This document shows positions 18,616 through 27,365 of a DNA stretch of 39,464 nt, in pieces (positions within the stretch are counted from its first letter, which is position 1; each line of letters begins with the position of its first letter). The stretch spans positions 1 through 39,464 of the forward strand of contig CAZCKR010000001.1 of NCBI GenBank assembly GCA_964499305.1, given 5' to 3'. A program made the position numbers and the translations under genes. The notes beneath the pieces were generated by a model. That model searched no databases and was not told the DNA's origin. It saw nothing but the letters and a program-made list of their open reading frames with translations. This DNA is from an uncultured Candidatus Bathyarchaeia archaeon (GTDB lineage: Archaea; Thermoproteota; Bathyarchaeia; TCS64).

Positions 18616-19707
18616 ATGAGCGGCATAGAGAAACGGAAGATGAGGCACATCAGGGTCAGCCTGGAGGAGGACGTCGAGGGCAACATAGGCACGGGGCTTC
18701 AGGACGTGAGACTCGTCCACAGGGCCCTCCCCGAGATAGATCTGGACGACGTGGACACCCGGACCACTCTTTTTGGTAGGGAGCTGAGTGCCCCGCTCAT
18801 AATCAGCGCGATAACCGGGGGAACCCAGGAGGCGCTGGAGATCAACGCGTTGCTCGCCGAGGTCGCTGAGGAGAAGGGCATAGGCATCGGCGTGGGCAGC
18901 CAGAGGATCGCCGTGGAGGAGCCCGAGACCGCGGGCACTTTCACCGTCGTCAGGGAGAGGGCGCCCAACGCATTGGTCATCGGCAACCTAGGGTGCCCCC
19001 AGCTCTCGCTGGGGTGGGGCGTCGAGGAGGCGGTGAGATGCGTCGAGATGGTTGAGGCAGACGCCCTCGCGCTCCACATGAACTCCCTGCAGGAGGCGGT
19101 GCAGGTTGGCGGCGACACCAACTACAGCGGCATCCTCGAGAAGGTCAGGGATATAGCGGGCGCCTTGGACACGCCGATAGTTATGAAGGAGACGGGCTGC
19201 GGGATCGCCTACGAGGAGGCGGTGAAGCTCGAGGAGGCTGGGGCGGCCGCCTTGGATGTAAGCGGCGTCGGGGGCACAAGCTGGTCAGCCGTCGAGTACC
19301 ACATCGCAAAGGAGGAAGGGAAAAAGGGCCAGGAGTACCTGGGGCAGGCGCTGTGGAGCTGGGGTATACCCACCGCAGTCAGCGTCGTCGAGACAAGCCA
19401 GAGCACCGGCCTCAAGATCATCGCGTCAGGCGGGATCAGGACGGGCGCCGAGATAGCAAAGTCCATCGCGTTAGGCGCCGACGCCGCGGGGATGGCCAAA
19501 CCTTTCCTGGAGAAGGCTGTGGAGGGTAGGGACGCGCTGGCGGAGTACGTGGACCACGTAATCCAGGAGCTCAAGGTGGTAATGTTCCTAACCGGAGCCA
19601 GGGACGTCGCGGATCTGAAGAACGTCCCCACCTTAATAATGGGCAGGACCGCCGAGTGGCTTAGGCTTCGGGGGTTCGATGCGTCGAAGTACGCTGAACG
19701 ACCCTGA
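18616..19707 (+). CDS. fni: type 2 isopentenyl-diphosphate delta-isomerase (FMN-dependent)
   Basis: TIM-barrel IDI-2 signatures (KRKMRHI, GSQR, SGVGGTSW, SGGIRTG). Confidence 0.9.
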   Translation: MSGIEKRKMRHIRVSLEEDVEGNIGTGLQDVRLVHRALPEIDLDDVDTRTTLFGRELSAPLIISAITGGTQEALEINALLAEVAEEKGIGIGVGSQRIAVEEPETAGTFTVVRERAPNALVIGNLGCPQLSLGWGVEEAVRCVEMVEADALALHMNSLQEAVQVGGDTNYSGILEKVRDIAGALDTPIVMKETGCGIAYEEAVKLEEAGAAALDVSGVGGTSWSAVEYHIAKEEGKKGQEYLGQALWSWGIPTAVSVVETSQSTGLKIIASGGIRTGAEIAKSIALGADAAGMAKPFLEKAVEGRDALAEYVDHVIQELKVVMFLTGARDVADLKNVPTLIMGRTAEWLRLRGFDASKYAERP

Positions 19708-19760
19708 GATAACCTTTAAGAGTCGATCGCGTTGTCTATCACAGAATCGGGTGTAGGACC

Positions 19761-20765
19761 ATGGCTCAAGTGAAGGCCATAGAGCAGAAACTGGCTGAGA
19801 ACGCGAAGATGATCAACAGCTTCCTCGCAAGGGAGCTCAGCGGACAGGAGCCTAAATCCCTCGAGAAGGCGAGCCTGCACCTCATAGAGGCGGGGGGTAA
19901 ACGGCTTAGGCCGTACATGACCATCAAGGCGTGTGAGGCGGTTGGCGGGCGAGCCGAGGACGCCGTCCCGTTCGCCGCCGCCGCCGAGTTTCTCCACAAC
20001 TTCACTCTCGTACACGACGACGTGATGGACCACGACGACCTCCGCAGAGGCAAACCCACGGTGCACAAGGTGTATGGCATGCCCATGGCTATTCTAGCCG
20101 GTGACCTTCTTTTCGCCAAAGTATACGACGTCATCCTAAGAAACAAGCCCTCAGGTATGTCCCCCGAGCGGTTCCTTGAGAGCATAGACAAGGTCACCGA
20201 GGCTGCTTTGATACTGTGCCAGGGGCAGGCGCTTGACATCAGCTTTCCGAGCGCCTCGGACGTGACCGTGGACGACTACATCCACATGGTGGGCGCGAAG
20301 ACCAGCGCCTTGTTCAGGGCGTGCGCCCAGGTGGGTGCGTTGGCGGGCGGTGGCTCGGATGAGCAGGTTGATGCCCTTGGCAGCTTCGCGTGGGACGCCG
20401 GCGTCGCCTTCCAGATCGAGGACGATGTACTGGGGGTGACGGCGGACGAGGAGACGCTCGGTAAACCCGTGGGGAGCGACCTCCGGGAAGGAAAAAAGAC
20501 CTTGATAAACATACACGCCTTGGAGAACGCCACCGAAGAGCAGAGGAAGCATATTGACATGGCGTTCGGGGTCGAGGACGCATCACACCAAGACATCGAA
20601 GCCGCCGTCAAGACCCTGGCGGAGATGGGCTCCATCGCCTACGCGAAAAACGTGGCGGATAAGTACATAAAGAGGGCGTTCAAGACGCTGGACGTGATAC
20701 CCGACACCCCAGCCAAGGCCGAGCTGAAGACCCTCGTGGAGTACTTCGTCAAACGCGACTACTAG
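19761..20765 (+). CDS. idsA: geranylgeranyl diphosphate synthase (trans-polyprenyl synthetase)
   Basis: First Asp-rich motif LVHDDVMDHDDLRRG and second motif FQIEDDVLG. Confidence 0.9.
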   Translation: MAQVKAIEQKLAENAKMINSFLARELSGQEPKSLEKASLHLIEAGGKRLRPYMTIKACEAVGGRAEDAVPFAAAAEFLHNFTLVHDDVMDHDDLRRGKPTVHKVYGMPMAILAGDLLFAKVYDVILRNKPSGMSPERFLESIDKVTEAALILCQGQALDISFPSASDVTVDDYIHMVGAKTSALFRACAQVGALAGGGSDEQVDALGSFAWDAGVAFQIEDDVLGVTADEETLGKPVGSDLREGKKTLINIHALENATEEQRKHIDMAFGVEDASHQDIEAAVKTLAEMGSIAYAKNVADKYIKRAFKTLDVIPDTPAKAELKTLVEYFVKRDY

Positions 20766-20817
20766 AGAAAGGAATAATAGACCTAGTCCTCGTATTTCAT
20801 CGAGACCAGCAGTGTCC

Positions 20818-22548
20818 ATGAGCAACCAGAAGATAAGGAAGGCCGCAGTCAAGCACGCGGCTCACAACGCCTCACAGCACGACGGCGTAGCCCAGGCAGG
20901 GTCAGTGATCGGTAAGGTTCTCGGGGAGTTCCCCGAGCTGAGGCCGAGGGCAAAGGAGGTCGTCCCCACGATAAACGACGTTGTGAAGGAGGTGAACTCG
21001 TGGACACAGGAGGAGCAGCTGCGGTACGTAGCGGAGAACCACCCGGAGCTCTTGGAGCGGAGGAAGGTAGAGGAGGAGAAGAAGACGCTGCCGCCGCTGG
21101 AGAACGTGGACGAGTGGCCCATGGTAAAGACGAGGTTCGCGCCGAACCCCGACGGCGCGCTGCACCTTGGGAGCGCGGAGCCCATCATCTTCTGCGACGA
21201 GTACGCCAAGATGTACGACGGCCACTTCATACTCCGGTACGAGGACACCAGCGCCGAGGTCAAGCCCCCAATACCTGAGATGTACGAAGCCATACTGGAG
21301 GACATCGAGTGGCTCAGAGTAAAGGTAGACGAGCAGTACCGGCAGAGCGACAGGCTCCCCATCTACTACGAGTACGCCGAGAGGCTCCTGAGGGAGGGGA
21401 ACGCCTACGTCTGCACATGCGAGGTGAAGGCCTTCAGGAAGCTCTACATGGCCAGCATGGCGTGTCCGTGCAGGGACCTGCCCCCCGAGGAGCAGCTCAG
21501 GCGATGGGGGAAGATGCTGGACGGCACCTACGAGAAGGGCGAGGCGGTGGTCAGGATAAAGACCGACCTCGACGACCCTAACCCCGCGGTGAGGGACTGG
21601 CCCGCGCTCCGCATCAGCGACGTCGAGCACCCCCTCCAGGGCAACAGGTACCGTGTTTGGCCTCTCTACAACTTCAGCTGCGGCGTCGACGACCACCTCA
21701 TGGAGGTGTCCCACATCATCAGGGGCAAGGAGCACGACGTCAACACCACCAGGCAGAGGTGGCTCCAGAGGCACCTGGGCTGGCGGTACCCCGAGATCAT
21801 CAACGTCGGGAGGCTCGGCTTAGAGGCGGGTATCCTCAGCAAGTCCAAGATGCGGGCCGGGATAGAGGCCGGCACGTACTCGGGGTGGGACGACCCCAGG
21901 CTCGGCACGCTGAGGGCGCTGCGCAGACGCGGGCTGCAGCCGGAGGCCATAAGGGCCATAATGATCCACGTGGGCCCCAAGCCTGTGAACGTCACCATAA
22001 GCTGGGACAACATCGCGGCCGAGAACAGGAAGATCATCGAGACCACCTCTGACAGGTACTTCTTCGTGGAGGACCCCGTGAGGCTCACCGTCACGGGTGT
22101 ACCGGAGAAACACGTCGCCAGGCTGCCGGTGCACCCCGACTTCCCCGAGAGGGGTACAAGAGACTATGTGCTGGCGCCGAAGGGTGGCGCGCTGGAGTTC
22201 AACGTATCCGGGAAAGATCTGGAGCGGCTCAGAGTCGGCGGCGTGACCCGGCTGATGGGCGTCATGAACATAGAGGTGACGGAAGTGGATGGATCCGGTG
22301 TCAAGGCCGTGTATCACTCGACGGATTACCAGCTGGCGAGGGACGAGGACGCGCCCTTCATACACTGGCTGCCGGCAGGCGTCGGCGTAGATGCCAGGGT
22401 GGTCCTACCGGACGCCACAAAGGCGATTGGATTCGCGGAGGAGAGGGTGCAAGAGATGAAGAGTGGCGAGATGTTCCAGTTCGAGAGGTTCGGTTACTGC
22501 CGCGTGGACACGGCTAAGCCCTTCGTCGCCTACTTCACCCATAAATAA
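20818..22548 (+). CDS. gltX: glutamyl-tRNA synthetase (archaeal type)
   Basis: RFAPNPDGALHLGSA (HIGH-type) and LSKSKM (KMSKS-type) class I motifs. Size and C-terminal domain are typical of archaeal GluRS. The track's GTG start at 20812 is also possible. Confidence 0.9.
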   Translation: MSNQKIRKAAVKHAAHNASQHDGVAQAGSVIGKVLGEFPELRPRAKEVVPTINDVVKEVNSWTQEEQLRYVAENHPELLERRKVEEEKKTLPPLENVDEWPMVKTRFAPNPDGALHLGSAEPIIFCDEYAKMYDGHFILRYEDTSAEVKPPIPEMYEAILEDIEWLRVKVDEQYRQSDRLPIYYEYAERLLREGNAYVCTCEVKAFRKLYMASMACPCRDLPPEEQLRRWGKMLDGTYEKGEAVVRIKTDLDDPNPAVRDWPALRISDVEHPLQGNRYRVWPLYNFSCGVDDHLMEVSHIIRGKEHDVNTTRQRWLQRHLGWRYPEIINVGRLGLEAGILSKSKMRAGIEAGTYSGWDDPRLGTLRALRRRGLQPEAIRAIMIHVGPKPVNVTISWDNIAAENRKIIETTSDRYFFVEDPVRLTVTGVPEKHVARLPVHPDFPERGTRDYVLAPKGGALEFNVSGKDLERLRVGGVTRLMGVMNIEVTEVDGSGVKAVYHSTDYQLARDEDAPFIHWLPAGVGVDARVVLPDATKAIGFAEERVQEMKSGEMFQFERFGYCRVDTAKPFVAYFTHK

Positions 22549-22563
22549 GGAAAACTGGAACGG

Positions 22564-23325
22564 TTAACAGCAGTCGAGCCCAGACACGGGTTTGAACCCC
22601 TGTATCTCGGCGCTGTATATGCCTCCGCTGCCTCTTCGGCTGAGCTCTTCTACCTCCGTGAACCCGGCCTCCCTCAGCTTCTTGACGTAGTCACCGCCGT
22701 CCATGGCGCCTGCTACGCACCCCGCCCAGCTGTCCAGGTCGTTCTTGACGTGGTCTGGGAGCCCACCGTCCGTCACTATGTCCGAAACCATTAGTCTTCC
22801 GCCTGGTTTGAGAACCCTGTACGCCTCGGCGAAGACCTTGTCCTTGTCCGGAGCCAGGTTTATGACGCAGTTGCTGATGATTACGTCGACAGAGCTGTCC
22901 TCCACGGGCAGCTCCTCGATGTCTCCCTTTCTGAACTCGACGTTCTCGACGCCTGCTTCGGCCGCGTTCTTGTTGGCTAGGCTGATCATCTCGTCGGTCA
23001 TGTCTACGCCTATGGCCTTGCCGTTTGGCCCCACCCTGTGGGCTGCGAGGATCACGTCTATGCCTCCACCCGAGCCCAGGTCTAGGACGGTCTCCCCTTC
23101 TCTGAGGCCCGCGATGGCGGTAGGGTTACCACAACCGGCCGCTGCTCCGACGGCTTCCTCGGGAAGGTTTGACAGTTCCTCGGCTGTGTATCCGACTCGT
23201 TTGGCCCATGTATTGGCCGTAGGCGTTCCACAGCAGCTGGCTCCGCAGCCACAGCTTGACTGGGCTCTCACGGCGTGCTCGGCGTATCTCTTCTTGACGT
23301 GTTCTTTGATCTCTTGGTTTGACAT
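22564..23325 (-). CDS. arsM: arsenite S-adenosylmethionine methyltransferase
   Basis: SAM motif VLDLGSGGGID plus the conserved ArsM cysteine contexts (CGCGASCCG, GCGNPTA, SNCVINL, WAGCVAGA). Confidence 0.85.
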   Translation of the reverse strand: MSNQEIKEHVKKRYAEHAVRAQSSCGCGASCCGTPTANTWAKRVGYTAEELSNLPEEAVGAAAGCGNPTAIAGLREGETVLDLGSGGGIDVILAAHRVGPNGKAIGVDMTDEMISLANKNAAEAGVENVEFRKGDIEELPVEDSSVDVIISNCVINLAPDKDKVFAEAYRVLKPGGRLMVSDIVTDGGLPDHVKNDLDSWAGCVAGAMDGGDYVKKLREAGFTEVEELSRRGSGGIYSAEIQGFKPVSGLDCC

Positions 23326-23349
23326 TCATTATCCTCCTTTTATCAGACG

Positions 23350-23363
23350 CCCAATATATCGGG
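23350..23363. promoter_or_regulatory. near-palindromic CCCAATATATCGGG site (candidate operator / arsM TATA region)
   Basis: 14-bp imperfect palindrome 25 nt upstream of the arsM ATG. Its first 10 nt recur exactly at 23406-23415. Confidence 0.35.
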
Positions 23364-23405
23364 CATCCAATACATTTTATGAAACTTATATAAACATATT
23401 GGTTA

Positions 23406-23415
23406 CCCAATATAT
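23406..23415. promoter_or_regulatory. second CCCAATATAT copy immediately upstream of the PadR start codon
   Basis: Exact 10-nt repeat of 23350-23359 within a 92-bp divergent intergenic region. A TATATAAA box lies at about 23387-23394. Confidence 0.35.
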
Positions 23416-23417
23416 AG

Positions 23418-23795
23418 ATGACTGAGAAAGACGAGTGCTGCTCCAACATACCGGACTGCTGCGACATGCGCGGCCTACTATCATTCAGCATACTGTGGCT
23501 CCTCACCAAGGGGGACATGTACGGCCAGGAGCTGGCCGGGGAACTCGGGAAGATGCGGGGCACAAAGCCAAACCCGGGAACCCTCTACCCAGCCCTCAAA
23601 GAGCTAGAGAGACGAGAGTTGGTGGAGACAAGGAAGGAGGGGCGAAAGAAGTTCTACGTGCTCACCGACTCAGGCCGCACGGGGGTGGTACAGGCGTGCG
23701 AGTACTTCTGCACCGTCTACGCCGACATATTCCGTGAGTACGGCGCGGACGAGTGGCCAAGTTCACACGTCTGTGTTAACGGGCGGAACGTTTAA
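23418..23795 (+). CDS. PadR-family transcriptional regulator with Cys-rich N-terminal extension
   Basis: [24 protein letters not shown]...[16 protein letters not shown] is the PadR wHTH. The N-terminus reads [16 protein letters not shown]. Confidence 0.8.
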   Translation: MTEKDECCSNIPDCCDMRGLLSFSILWLLTKGDMYGQELAGELGKMRGTKPNPGTLYPALKELERRELVETRKEGRKKFYVLTDSGRTGVVQACEYFCTVYADIFREYGADEWPSSHVCVNGRNV

Positions 23796-23838
23796 TAAAG
23801 GACGATCAGGTAACACTATCCACCATGAGGGAAATGAT

Positions 23839-24228
23839 ATGTCAGGAGATGTAGATCCTTCGAAACCCTTCTACGTAAGGTTCGAAGTGCCGAAGGAAGT
23901 GGCGGACGCGGCGTACGAGGCGCTGAAGATCGCCACTGAGACTGGTAAGATCAGGAAAGGGACCAACGAGGCCACCAAGAGCATCGAGAGGGGTAAAGCA
24001 AAGCTCGTGCTGATAGCCGAGAACGTTCAGCCTCCGGAGATAGTCGCGCACCTGCCGCTTTTATGCGACGAGAGGAAGGCGCCGTACGTCTATGTCCCGG
24101 AGAAGCAGAAGATCGGTGAAGCCCTTGGCATACACGTGAGTTCATCTGCAGCCTCCATCGAGGACGCGGGTGACGCCGAGAACCTGGTCGCCGAGATAGT
24201 AAAGAAAGTCCAGGAACTCGTGAAGTAG
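23839..24228 (+). CDS. rpl7ae: 50S ribosomal protein L7Ae (eL8; K-turn binding)
   Basis: YVRFEVPKE...[42 protein letters not shown] is canonical L7Ae. The ATG at 23839 lies inside the longer track ORF. Confidence 0.92.
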   Translation: MSGDVDPSKPFYVRFEVPKEVADAAYEALKIATETGKIRKGTNEATKSIERGKAKLVLIAENVQPPEIVAHLPLLCDERKAPYVYVPEKQKIGEALGIHVSSSAASIEDAGDAENLVAEIVKKVQELVK

Positions 24229-24229
24229 G

Positions 24230-24442
24230 ATGAGCCAAGATTCTGACCTTCTCACACCCGCCACAGTCATCCAGATCCTTGGCAGGACAGGGCTGACGGG
24301 CGAGGTCATGCAGGTAAGAGTCAGGATTGAGGAAGGCAGAGACAAGGGACGGATCATCACCCGCAACGTGAAAGGGCCTATACGCATCGACGACATACTG
24401 CTTCTGCGCGAGACAGAGCGCGAGGCCAGGAAGATCAGGTAG
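24230..24442 (+). CDS. rps28e: 30S ribosomal protein S28e
   Basis: [24 protein letters not shown]...[29 protein letters not shown] is canonical eS28. Confidence 0.9.
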   Translation: MSQDSDLLTPATVIQILGRTGLTGEVMQVRVRIEEGRDKGRIITRNVKGPIRIDDILLLRETEREARKIR

Positions 24443-24640
24443 GTGAAGCCGTTGCCCCAGGTACATAAGTGTAGTTTCTGCGGTAAGGAGATCGCCCCCG
24501 GGACAGGGATGAACTTCGTGAGGCGCGACGGAAGGGTTCTGCGTTTCTGCAGCGGAAAATGCAGGAAGAGCACGCTGGACATGAGGCGTGATCCCCGCAA
24601 GTTCAAGTGGACCGAGGCCTGGAAGCTTAGGCAGAGATAG
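24443..24640 (+). CDS. rpl24e: 50S ribosomal protein L24e
   Basis: [31 protein letters not shown] zinc-ribbon of eL24. GTG start abuts the S28e stop. Confidence 0.88.
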   Translation: MKPLPQVHKCSFCGKEIAPGTGMNFVRRDGRVLRFCSGKCRKSTLDMRRDPRKFKWTEAWKLRQR

Positions 24641-24785
24641 CCCGGCTCTTACGTCTAATCCTTTATTTACTCGTAGTTGATTCTTCGCGGAATATTAGTG
24701 GATTTCCGGTGTATTACACGAGAATTTAGTGACATCTGTGGGTAATGCATATATCGCCATGCATCCAAGATCATAACGGGGTAAC

Positions 24786-25052
24786 ATGTCGCTAAACATC
24801 CCGGAACATCTCCGTTGGTATGTCACTCTCACCGAGGAAGGAGACACGGTAGACAGGTTCAAGTGTCCCGTGTGTAGCTTCAGGACTCGGCTCGGCCCTG
24901 GAGCCCTCAGAATGCATCTCATACTCAAATCAGATCCGAAGGTCGAGACTCAGTACGACCACGCCCACGAAGAGTACATGAAGACTATTGAGTTCACCCT
25001 CGACACCGTGAAGGAGCTGGCCGTATTCCCAAGGATCGAGCTCAAGGACTAG
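24786..25052 (+). CDS. hypothetical protein with CxxC motif
   Basis: 88-aa ORF (FKCPVCSFRT...). No family recognised. Confidence 0.45.
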   Translation: MSLNIPEHLRWYVTLTEEGDTVDRFKCPVCSFRTRLGPGALRMHLILKSDPKVETQYDHAHEEYMKTIEFTLDTVKELAVFPRIELKD

Positions 25053-25077
25053 GTGAGGAAACAACCCACCTTTTTTT
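25051..25077 (+). terminator. short hairpin plus T7 run (candidate terminator)
   Basis: GGTGAGG...CCCACC stem followed by TTTTTTT at 25071-25077, directly after the stop codon. Confidence 0.35.
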
Positions 25078-25117
25078 ACACCCGACCGTTAAACCTTAAA
25101 GAAGGCCCGCCTACACC

Positions 25118-25621
25118 ATGCCCATGTACCAGGAGACCCTTGTCATCCTCAAACCGGACGCGCTGGAACGGAACCTCATAGGGGTCATTATAAAGTACTA
25201 CGAGGACGCTGGCCTCGAGGTCCTCGACATACGGTACTGCAAGAAGGTGGGGCAGGGGCGGCTCAAGGAGCATTACCCTGACAGCATGGCTCTAGGCGTG
25301 GGGAAGAAGGCCCAGGCGGCGGTGCCCAGCATCACCGACCCGGAGGCCCACGGCATGAAGGTGCTGGAGAAGCTCAGGGGATACTTCGGCAGGGGCCCGG
25401 TGCTCGCCATACGCATCGGGGGAGAAGACGCCATCAAGGAGGTGCGCCGCGTCACCGGCTACACCGACCCCGCGACGGCCGAGAAGGGCACCATCAGAGG
25501 CGATCTAGGGCTCGACGGCATAGAGAGGAGCACGGCCGAGGGTAGGGCCGTCGAGAACCTGGTCCACGCCTCCGGGAACCCGGAGGAGGCCGAGGCGGAG
25601 CTGCGGCTCTGGCTCCCCTAG
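25118..25621 (+). CDS. ndk: nucleoside diphosphate kinase
   Basis: ETLVILKPDA N-terminus, TIRGDLG, and active-site context NLVHASG. Conserved position after L7Ae-S28e-L24e. Confidence 0.88.
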   Translation: MPMYQETLVILKPDALERNLIGVIIKYYEDAGLEVLDIRYCKKVGQGRLKEHYPDSMALGVGKKAQAAVPSITDPEAHGMKVLEKLRGYFGRGPVLAIRIGGEDAIKEVRRVTGYTDPATAEKGTIRGDLGLDGIERSTAEGRAVENLVHASGNPEEAEAELRLWLP

Positions 25622-26688
25622 CGCTCCACTTTTCCCTGTATGAAGTCCTCGACCCACCGGCGGGCCTCGTCGTCGGGCACCTGCTTCGGCGGGTGCTTGA
25701 AGCTGTAGCTGCTTATGCCGAGGAGGGGTCCCGATATCCCTCTGTCGAGGGCGATCTTTGTGGCCCTTATGGCGTCTATGACGACGCCTGCGCTGTTGGG
25801 GCTGTCGTTGACAACGAGCTTGGCGTCCAAGGTGATGGGCAGGTTGCCGAAGCTGTGGCTGTTGATCCTTATGTAGCATATCTTGTGGTCGCCCAAGAAC
25901 GGCACGTAGTCGCTGGGCCCTATCCGTGTGGGTACCTTGTAGGGGATGAGGCTCTGCACGGCCTCCGTCTTGCTGACGCGCTTGGTCTTGAGCCTTTTCT
26001 CCACGGTCATGTTCTCGAAGTCCGTGTTGCCTCCTATGTTGAGCTGGTACGTGCTGTCCAGCACGACGCCTCTGTCGTAGAAGAGCTTGGCGACGACCCT
26101 GTGGAGGATGGTGGCGCCGACCTGGCTCTTGATGTCGTCGCCGGCCACGGGCAGCCCGGCGTCTGTGAACCTCTGGGCCCACTCGGGCTTCGACGCTATG
26201 AACTCTGGTATGCAGTTGACGAAGGCGCAGCCGGCGTCCAGGGATGCCTCCGCGTACATATCCGTGGCCACGGCGCTGCCCACCGGCAGGTAGTTTATGA
26301 GCATGTCCGCCCGGGCCTCCCTGAGGGACTCGGCTACGTCCACGGGCTCGACGCTCTTATCGGCGCGGAAGCTCTCGTACATGTGGGGGGCGACGCCGTC
26401 GAGTATGGGCGCGGGCTGGACGGTGACGCCGGTCTCGGGTACGTCGGCGAACCTGGCGCAGTTGTTGGGCTCCACCCAGATGGCCTCGCTCAGGTCCCTG
26501 CCGATCTTGTGCTTGTTCACCTCGAAGGCAGCCACGAACTCTATGTCCCTTATGTGGTAGTCGCCGAAGTAGACGTGCATCACTCCTGGGATGGTCTCGC
26601 CCCGCTTCGCGTCCCTGTAGTACTCCACTCCCTGGATTAGGGCGGACGCGCAGTTCCCTACCCCAGCTATGGCTACCCTGATGCCCAT
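25618..26688 (-). CDS. ino1: inositol-3-phosphate synthase (myo-inositol-1-phosphate synthase, archaeal type)
   Basis: IRVAIAGVGNCASALIQGVEYY N-terminus and SQVGATI, NIGGNTDF motifs typical of archaeal MIPS. Confidence 0.88.
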   Translation of the reverse strand: MGIRVAIAGVGNCASALIQGVEYYRDAKRGETIPGVMHVYFGDYHIRDIEFVAAFEVNKHKIGRDLSEAIWVEPNNCARFADVPETGVTVQPAPILDGVAPHMYESFRADKSVEPVDVAESLREARADMLINYLPVGSAVATDMYAEASLDAGCAFVNCIPEFIASKPEWAQRFTDAGLPVAGDDIKSQVGATILHRVVAKLFYDRGVVLDSTYQLNIGGNTDFENMTVEKRLKTKRVSKTEAVQSLIPYKVPTRIGPSDYVPFLGDHKICYIRINSHSFGNLPITLDAKLVVNDSPNSAGVVIDAIRATKIALDRGISGPLLGISSYSFKHPPKQVPDDEARRWVEDFIQGKVER

Positions 26689-26743
26689 TGACTTCCCTCT
26701 GAATCGAAAACTATCCCGGCGATAGCCCTTTAAGACTTTCCAC

Positions 26744-27142
26744 CTAGAGCCAGCTGGCGACCCGCCTGCTCATCGTCTCGTGGAGCGCCTTGTACACCCT
26801 GACGGTCTCCGTGGGGGTCAGCCGGCACTTCAGCTCGTCGGAGAGGAAGGGGAGGACGTTGTGTGCCTTCTCGATTTTGCCGATCCTTGTCCAGGTGACT
26901 TCAACTTGGGCAGGGTAGCTTCGGCCCGACCCCAGGAAGGCGTAGGGGTCCAGGTGTATCCGGGGCTTGGAGGCGGCCTGGAAGGGGCCGTGGAGGCACC
27001 CCGAGTCCAGGTTGTATAGGAAGAGCGGGGTCCCGGGCCTTATCTTCCTGACCTGGTCCCAGTGCCTCTGGGAGTTGCCGAAGAGCCTCTTCCGGAGGCA
27101 CTCATCCATGGTACCGTTGTTGCAGAAGAAGAGGTAGCTCAC
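26744..27142 (-). CDS. stand-alone DCD-domain (PUA-like fold) protein
   Basis: YLFFCNNGTMDECLRKRLFG...IRPGTPLFLYNLDSGCLHGPFQAAS...DPYAF...YPAQVEV matches the signature blocks I recall for the DCD (Dev_Cell_Death) domain: FxCNxxT, LFG, LFLY, HG.F.A.S, PAQV. Confidence 0.6.
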   Translation of the reverse strand: MSYLFFCNNGTMDECLRKRLFGNSQRHWDQVRKIRPGTPLFLYNLDSGCLHGPFQAASKPRIHLDPYAFLGSGRSYPAQVEVTWTRIGKIEKAHNVLPFLSDELKCRLTPTETVRVYKALHETMSRRVASWL

Positions 27143-27365
27143 TCCAAACCCCTGAATGTTTCAGATGCATGTGAAAGAAAAGTGTTTCTTTTGCCCCGCG
27201 ACGGCGCAGAAACACCCATGCGGCAAACCTACAGGTTTCAGCGGGCACCGCATACGTATAGCCTGTTATAAGTTGAACCCACCGTGTTGGAGGCCTGGGC
27301 AGGGTGAAACTGGGCTGCCGGGTGGAAGTATAAGAGCGGCGGTGCCCATGTCTCTCTGAAAGGCT

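Noticed and set aside
27243-27347. 9-bp perfect long-range complementarity (GGGCACCGC at 27243-27251 / GCGGTGCCC at 27339-27347) in the 223-bp divergent spacer, as a possible structured RNA.
   Set aside because: By my rough estimate a 9-bp match in a spacer of this size arises by chance at roughly the 10% level. The spacer must already hold two promoters, and no further nested helices or known RNA motifs were seen.
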